Shown piece by piece: positions 56,088 through 64,000 of a DNA stretch of 64,000 nucleotides. The notes beneath the pieces are model-generated. The model saw only the letters and a program-made list of their open reading frames with translations. It did not search any database and was not told where the DNA came from. Source of the stretch: Auanema rhodensis (lineage: Eukaryota; Animalia; Nematoda); contig OZ059900.1 of the NCBI GenBank assembly GCA_964057225.1, positions 16,430,001 through 16,494,000 on the forward strand, read 5' to 3'. The translations under genes and the position numbers were made by a program. Numbering within the stretch: the stretch's first letter is position 1; every line of letters begins with the position of its first letter.

Positions 56088-57797
56088 CTAGACGTTGTAC
56101 GAACAATTTTGAGCTAGGTTTCATTGACATTGCATGAGTTTGAACACATGAAATCGTAAGTCAAAACCTTGTTTACAGCGAAATTTCCAAAAACTGGTTT
56201 TCCAGCATAATAAAATATTTCTCATGGGAAATACTGTGTTTTTGTATTTTTCTAGTGTTCAGCATGTAAAATGCTTCATTTTAGTATGTAACACGCTGAA
56301 ATTCGTTGCATTTGACGACTCATATGAACAAAAATCGATTTAATCAATATTAGCCATAAGGGGCGTGCCCTCAGAATATGCTAATTTCCTTAATTTTCTA
56401 ACCCCTGTTTTTTTGTCGTGAAAGTGGAACTAGACGTTGTACGAACAATTTTGAGCTAGGTTTCATTGACATTGCATGAGTTTGAACACATGAAATCGTA
56501 AGTCAAAACCTTGTTTACAGCGAAATTTCCAAAAACTGGTTTTCCAGCATAATAAAATATTTTTCATGAGAAATACTGTGTTTTTGTATTTTTCTAGTGT
56601 TCAGCATGTAAAATGCTTCATTTTAGTATGTAACACGCTGAAATTCGTTGCATTTGACGACTCATATGAACAAAAATCGATTTAATCAATATTAGCCATA
56701 AGGGGCGTGCCCTCAGAATATGCTAATTTCCTTAATTTTCTAACCCTTGTTTTTTTGTCGTGAAAGTGGAACTAGACGTTGTACAAACAATTTTGAGCTA
56801 GGTTTCATTGACATTGCATGAGTTTGAACACATGAAATCGTAAGTCAAAACCTTGTTTACAGCGAAATTTCCAAAAACTGGTTTTCCAGCATAATAAAAT
56901 ATTTCTCATGGGAAATACTGTGTTTTTGTTTTTTTCTAGTGTTCAGCATGTAAAATGCTTAATTTTAGTATGTAACACGCTGAAATTCGTTGCATTTGAC
57001 GACTCATATGAACAAAAATCGATTTAATCAATATTAGCCATAAGGGGCGTGCCCTCAGAATATGCTAATTTCCTTAATTTTCTAACCCCTGTTTTTTTGT
57101 CGTGAAAGTGGAACTAGACGTTGTACGAACAATTTTGAGCTAGGTTTCATTGACATTGCATGAGTTTGAACACATGAAATCGTAAGTCAAAACCTTGTTT
57201 ACAGCGAAATTTCCAAAAACTGGTTTTCCAGCATAATAAAATATTTCTCATGGGAAATACTGTGTTTTTGTATTTTTCTAGTGTTCAGCATGTAAAATGC
57301 TTCATTTTAGTATGTAACACGCTGAAATTCGTTGCATTTGACGACTCATATGAACAAAAATCGATTTAATCAATATTAGCCATAAGGGGCGTGCCCTCAG
57401 AATATGCTAATTTCCTTAATTTTCTAACCCCTGTTTTTTTGTCGTGAAAGTGGAACTAGACGTTGTACAAACAATTTTGAGCTAGGTTTCATTGACATTG
57501 CATGAGTTTGAACACATGAAATCGTAAGTCAAAACCTTGTTTACAGCGAAATTTCCAAAAACTGGTTTTCCAGCATAATAAAATATTTCTCATGGGAAAT
57601 ACTGTGTTTTTGTTTTTTTCTAGTGTTCAGCATGTAAAATGCTTAATTTTAGTATGTAACACGCTGAAATTCGTTGCATTTGACGACTCATATGAACAAA
57701 AATCGATTTAATCAATATTAGCCATAAGGGGCGTGCCCTCAGAATATGCTAATTTCCTTAATTTTCTAACCCCTGTTTTTTTGTCGTGAAAGTGGAA

Positions 57798-60700
57798 CTA
57801 GACGTTGTACGAACAATTTTGAGCTAGGTTTCATTGACATTGCATGAGTTTGAACACATGAAATCGTAAGTCAAAACCTTGTTTACAGCGAAATTTCCAA
57901 AAACTGGTTTTCCAGCATAATAAAATATTTCTCATGGGAAATACTGTGTTTTTGTATTTTTCTAGTGTTCAGCATGTAAAATGCTTCATTTTAGTATGTA
58001 ACACGCTGAAATTCGTTGCATTTGACGACTCATATGAACAAAAATCGATTTAATCAATATTAGCCATAAGGGGCGTGCCCTCAGAATATGCTAATTTCCT
58101 TAATTTTCTAACCCCTGTTTTTTTGTCGTGAAAGTGGAACTATACGTTGTACGAACAATTTTGAGCTAGGTTTCATTGACATTGCATGAGTTTGAACACA
58201 TGAAATCGTAAGTCAAAACCTTGTTTACAGCGAAATTTCCAAAAACTGGTTTTCCAGCATAATAAAATATTTTTCATGAGAAATACTGTGTTTTTGTATT
58301 TTTCTAGTGTTCAGCATGTAAAATGCTTCATTTTAGTATGTAACACGCTGAAATTCGTTGCATTTGACGACTCATATGAACAAAAATCGATTTAATCAAT
58401 ATTAGCCATAAGGGGCGTGCCCTCAGAATATGCTAATTTCCTTAATTTTCTAACCCCTGTTTTTTTGTCGTGAAAGTGGAACTAGACGTTGTACAAACAA
58501 TTTTGAGCTAGGTTTCATTGACATTGCATGAGTTTGAACACATGAAATCGTAAGTCAAAACCTTGTTTACAGCGAAATTTCCAAAAACTGGTTTTCCAGC
58601 ATAATAAAATATTTCTCATGGGAAATACTGTGTTTTTGTATTTTTCTAGTGTTCAGCATGTAAAATGCTTCATTTTAGTATGTAACACGCTGAAATTCGT
58701 TGCATTTGACGACTCATATGAACAAAAATCGATTTAATCAATATTAGCCATAAGGGGCGTGCCCTCAGAATATGCTAATTTCCTTAATTTTCTAACCCCT
58801 GTTTTTTTGTCGTGAAAGTGGAACTATTCGTTGTACGAACAAATTTGAGCTAGGTTTCATTGACATTGCATGAGTTTGAACACATGAAATCGTAAGTCAA
58901 AACCTTGTTTACAGCGAAATTTCCAAAAACTGGTTTTCCAGCATAATAAAATATTTCTCATGGGAAATACTGTGTTTTTGTTTTTTTCTAGTGTTCAGCA
59001 TGTAAAATGCTTCATTTTAGTATGTAACACGCTGAAATTCGTTGCATTTGACGACTCATATGAACAAAAATCGATTTAATCAATATTAGCCATAAGGGGC
59101 GTGCCCTCAGAATATACTAATTTCCTTAATTTTCTAACCCCTGTTTTTTTGTCGTGAAAGTGGAACTAGACGTTGTACGAACAATTTTGAGCTAGGTTTC
59201 ATTGACATTGCATGAGTTTGAACACATGAAATCGTAAGTCAAAACCTTGTTTACAGCGAAATTTCCAAAAACTGGTTTTCCAGCATAATAAAATATTTCT
59301 CATGGGAAATACTGTGTTTTTGTATTTTTCTAGTGTTCAGCATGTAAAATGCTTCATTTTAGTATGTAACACGCTGAAATTCGTTGCATTTGACGACTCA
59401 TATGAACCAAAATCGATTTAATCAATATTAGCCATAAGGGGCGTGCCCTCAGAATATTCTAATTTCCTTAATTTTCTAACCCTTGTTTTTTTGTCGTGAA
59501 AGTGGAACTAGACGTTGTACGAACAATTTTGAGCTAGGTTTCATTGACATTGCATGAGTTTGAACACATGAAATCGTAAGTCAAAACCTTGTTTACAGCG
59601 AAATTTCCAAAAACTGGTTTTCCAGCATAATAAAATATTTTTCATGAGAAATACTGTGTTTTTGTATTTTTCTAGTGTTCAGCATGTAAAATGGTTCATT
59701 TTAGTATGTAACACGCTAAAATTCGTTGCATTTGACGACTCATATGAACAAAAATCGATTTAATCAATATTAGCCATAAGGGGCGTGCCCTCAGAATATG
59801 CTAATTTCCTTAATTTTCTAACCCCTGTTTTTTTGTCGTGAAAGTGGAACTAGACGTTGTACGAACAATTTTGAGCTAGGTTTCATTGACATTGCATGAG
59901 TTTGAACACATGAAATCGTAAGTCAAAACCTTGTTTACAGCGAAATTTCCAAAAACTGGTTTTCCAGCATAATAAAATATTTCTCATGGGAAATACTGTG
60001 TTTTTGTATTTTTCTAGTGTTCAGCATGTAAAATGCTTCATTTTAGTATGTAACACGCTGAAATTCGTTGCATTTGACGACTCATATGAACAAAAATCGA
60101 TTTAATCAATATTAGCCATAAGGGGCGTGCCCTCAGAATATGCTAATTTCCTTAATTTTCTAACCCCTGTTTTTTTGTCGTGAAAGTGGAACTATACGTT
60201 GTACGAACAATTTTGAGCTAGGTTTCATTGACATTGCATGAGTTTGAACACATGAAATCGTAAGTCAAAACCTTGTTTACAGCGAAATTTCCAAAAACTG
60301 GTTTTCCAGCATAATAAAATATTTTTCATGAGAAATACTGTGTTTTTGTATTTTTCTAGTGTTCAGCATGTAAAATGCTTCATTTTAGTATGTAACACGC
60401 TGAAATTCGTTGCATTTGACGACTCATATGAACAAAAATCGATTTAATCAATATTAGCCATAAGGGGCGTGCCCTCAGAATATGCTAATTTCCTTAATTT
60501 TCTAACCCCTGTTTTTTTGTCGTGAAAGTGGAACTAGACGTTGTACAAACAATTTTGAGCTAGGTTTCATTGACATTGCATGAGTTTGAACACATGAAAT
60601 CGTAAGTCAAAACCTTGTTTACAGCGAAATTTCCAAAAACTGGTTTTCCAGCATAATAAAATATTTCTCATGGGAAATACTGTGTTTTTGTATTTTTCTA

Positions 60701-61901
60701 GTGTTCAGCATGTAAAATGCTTCATTTTAGTATGTAACACGCTGAAATTCGTTGCATTTGACGACTCATATGAACAAAAATCGATTTAATCAATATTAGC
60801 CATAAGGGGCGTGCCCTCAGAATATGCTAATTTCCTTAATTTTCTAACCCCTGTTTTTTTGTCGTGAAAGTGGAACTATTCGTTGTACGAACAAATTTGA
60901 GCTAGGTTTCATTGACATTGCATGAGTTTGAACACATGAAATCGTAAGTCAAAACCTTGTTTACAGCGAAATTTCCAAAAACTGGTTTTCCAGCATAATA
61001 AAATATTTCTCATGGGAAATACTGTGTTTTTGTTTTTTTCTAGTGTTCAGCATGTAAAATGCTTCATTTTAGTATGTAACACGCTGAAATTCGTTGCATT
61101 TGACGACTCATATGAACAAAAATCGATTTAATCAATATTAGCCATAAGGGGCGTGCCCTCAGAATATACTAATTTCCTTAATTTTCTAACCCCTGTTTTT
61201 TTGTCGTGAAAGTGGAACTAGACGTTGTACGAACAATTTTGAGCTAGGTTTCATTGACATTGCATGAGTTTGAACACATGAAATCGTAAGTCAAAACCTT
61301 GTTTACAGCGAAATTTCCAAAAACTGGTTTTCCAGCATAATAAAATATTTCTCATGGGAAATACTGTGTTTTTGTATTTTTCTAGTGTTCAGCATGTAAA
61401 ATGCTTCATTTTAGTATGTAACACGCTGAAATTCGTTGCATTTGACGACTCATATGAACCAAAATCGATTTAATCAATATTAGCCATAAGGGGCGTGCCC
61501 TCAGAATATTCTAATTTCCTTAATTTTCTAACCCTTGTTTTTTTGTCGTGAAAGTGGAACTAGACGTTGTACGAACAATTTTGAGCTAGGTTTCATTGAC
61601 ATTGCATGAGTTTGAACACATGAAATCGTAAGTCAAAACCTTGTTTACAGCGAAATTTCCAAAAACTGGTTTTCCAGCATAATAAAATATTTTTCATGAG
61701 AAATACTGTGTTTTTGTATTTTTCTAGTGTTCAGCATGTAAAATGGTTCATTTTAGTATGTAACACGCTAAAATTCGTTGCATTTGACGACTCATATGAA
61801 CAAAAATCGATTTAATCAATATTAGCCATAAGGGGCGTGCCCTCAGAATATGCTAATTTCCTTAATTTTCTAACCCCTGTTTTTTTGTCGTGAAAGTGGA
61901 A
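57798..61901 (+). repeat. Perfect tandem duplication of a 6-monomer block (2052 bp x2; M170-175 = M176-181)
   Basis: The series consensus / G4T+C134T+G140A / G14A / GA4-5TT+T20A+A159T+G293A / A243C+G293T+C318T / C134T+G140A+C187G+G211A occurs twice. Confidence 0.9.
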
Positions 61902-64000
61902 CTAGACGTTGTACGAACAATTTTGAGCTAGGTTTCATTGACATTGCATGAGTTTGAACACATGAAATCGTAAGTCAAAACCTTGTTTACAGCGAAATTT
62001 CCAAAAACTGGTTTTCCAGCATAATAAAATATTTCTCATGGGAAATACTGTGTTTTTGTATTTTTCTAGTGTTCAGCATGTAAAATGCTTCATTTTAGTA
62101 TGTAACACGCTGAAATTCGTTGCATTTGACGACTCATATGAACAAAAATCGATTTAATCAATATTAGCCATAAGGGGCGTGCCCTCAGAATATGCTAATT
62201 TCCTTAATTTTCTAACCCTTGTTTTTTTGTCGTGAAAGTGGAACTAGACGTTGTACGAACAAATTTGAGCTAGGTTTCATTGACATTGCATGAGTTTGAA
62301 CACATGAAATCGTAAGTCAAAACCTTGTTTACAGCGAAATTTCCAAAAACTGGTTTTCCAGCATAATAAAATATTTCTCATGGGAAATACTGTGTTTTTG
62401 TATTTTTCTAGTGTTCAGCATGTAAAATGCTTCATTTTAGTATGTAACACGCTGAAATTCGTTGCATTTGACGACTCATATGAACAAAAATCGATTTAAT
62501 CAATATTAGCCATAAGGGGCGTGCCCTCAGAATATACTAATTTCCTTAATTTTCTAACCCCTGTTTTTTTGTCGTGAAAGTGGAACTAGACGTTGTACGA
62601 ACAATTTTGAGCTAGGTTTCATTGACATTGCATGAGTTTGAACACATGAAATCGTAAGTCAAAACCTTGTTTACAGCGAAATTTCCAAAAACTGGTTTTC
62701 CAGCATAATAAAATATTTCTCATGGGAAATACTGTGTTTTTGTATTTTTCTAGTGTTCAGCATGTAAAATGCTTCATTTTAGTATGTAACACGCTGAAAT
62801 TCGTTGCATTTGACGACTCATATGAACCAAAATCGATTTAATCAATATTAGCCATAAGGGGCGTGCCCTCAGAATATTCTAATTTCCTTAATTTTCTAAC
62901 CCTTGTTTTTTTGTCGTGAAAGTGGAACTAGACGTTGTACGAACAATTTTGAGCTAGGTTTCATTGACATTGCATGAGTTTGAACACATGAAATCGTAAG
63001 TCAAAACCTTGTTTACAGCGAAATTTCCAAAAACTGGTTTTCCAGCATAATAAAATATTTTTCATGAGAAATACTGTGTTTTTGTATTTTTCTAGTGTTC
63101 AGCATGTAAAATGCTTCATTTTAGTATGTAACACGCTGAAATTCGTTGCATTTGACGACTCATATGAACAAAAATCGATTTAATCAATATTAGCCATAAG
63201 GGGCGTGCCCTCAGAATATGCTAATTTCCTTAATTTTCTAACCCCTGTTTTTTTTGTCGTGAAAGTGGAACTAGACGTTGTACAAACAATTTTGAGCTAG
63301 GTTTCATTGACATTGCATGAGTTTGAACACATGAAATCGTAAGTCAAAACCTTGTTTACAGCGAAATTTCCAAAAACTGGTTTTCCAGCATAATAAAATA
63401 TTTCTCATGGGAAATACTGTGTTTTTGTATTTTTCTAGTGTTCAGCATGTAAAATGCTTCATTTTAGTATGTAACACGCTGAAATTCGTTGCATTTGACG
63501 ACTCATATGAACAAAAATCGATTTAATCAATATTAGCCATAAGGGGCGTGCCCTCAGAATATGCTAATTTCCTTAATTTTCTAACCCCTGTTTTTTTGTC
63601 GTGAAAGTGGAACTAGACGTTGTACAAACAATTTTGAGCTAGGTTTCATTGACATTGCATGAGTTTGAACACATGAAATCGTAAGTCAAAACCTTGTTTA
63701 CAGCGAAATTTCCAAAAACTGGTTTTCCAGCATAATAAAATATTTCTCATGGGAAATACTGTGTTTTTGTATTTTTCTAGTGTTCAGCATGTAAAATGCT
63801 TCATTTTAGTATGTAACACGCTGAAATTCGTTGCATTTGACGACTCATATGAACAAAAATCGATTTAATCAATATTAGCCATAAGGGGCGTGCCCTCAGA
63901 ATATGCTAATTTCCTTAATTTTCTAACCCCTGTTTTTTTGTCGTGAAAGTGGAACTAGACGTTGTACAAACAATTTTGAGCTAGGTTTCATTGACATTGC

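Larger units (their letters stand above)
1..64000 (+). repeat. Tandem satellite DNA array, 342-bp monomer, 187 full copies + 46 bp; probable centromeric/pericentromeric satellite
   Basis: The unit CTAGACGTTGTACGAAC...GTGAAAGTGGAA recurs at 1, 343, 685, ... 3421, ... 63613, 63955. There are no non-repeat interruptions or inversions, and the array runs off both window ends. The centromeric role is inferred from size and homogeneity. Confidence 0.99.
45486..64000 (+). repeat. Variant domain III (M134-M188)
   Basis: Private markers C134T+G140A, T252A, C190A, G333T, A260T, C75G+T298C and G293T. Domain I markers G30A, A159T, A5G, T20A and A243C+C318T return. Confidence 0.8.

Noticed and set aside
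1-64000. CRISPR array or other repeat-spacer system
   Set aside because: There are no unique spacers: the entire 342-bp unit is repeated and no cas genes are present.
1-64000. Mutation hotspots: ten positions with two different substitutions (4, 5, 106, 134, 165, 181, 186, 187, 230, 293)
   Set aside because: With about 74 variants on 342 sites, roughly 5-8 coincidences are expected by chance, so the excess is unconvincing from a manual count.
1-64000. Pure assembly or sequencing artefact (concatemer or collapsed repeat)
   Set aside because: Variants are shared in ordered, nested, regionally restricted haplotypes, which random error on one template would not generate. Individual perfect duplications still need read support.
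1-64000. A single regular higher-order repeat across the window
   Set aside because: Periods differ locally (2, 4, 5, 6, 7, 8, 12 and 18 monomers) and none persists beyond two or three copies.

Overview
The whole 64 kb window is one uninterrupted head-to-tail array of a 342-bp, AT-rich (about 34% GC by my count) satellite DNA. It holds 187 complete monomers plus a 46-bp partial copy, all in the same orientation, each about 0-5 substitutions from the consensus (>=98% identity). I see no genes, RNA genes, transposon insertions, inversions or CRISPR spacers. The eight 69-aa ORFs come from one SNP (monomer position A64G, TGA>TGG) and are probably not genes. The array most resembles a homogenised eukaryotic centromeric or pericentromeric satellite; I cannot assign the family or species. 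Reading the variants monomer by monomer shows internal structure: three variant domains (the two flanks share markers absent from the centre), recent multi-monomer duplications (12-, 8-, 6-, 5-, 3- and 2-mers), patchwork recombinant monomers, near-invariant monomer length, and an 18-bp quasi-palindrome whose symmetry differs by domain. M<n> is monomer number from window position 1, and variant positions are 1-342 within the monomer. All variant calls were made by eye and should be confirmed computationally.
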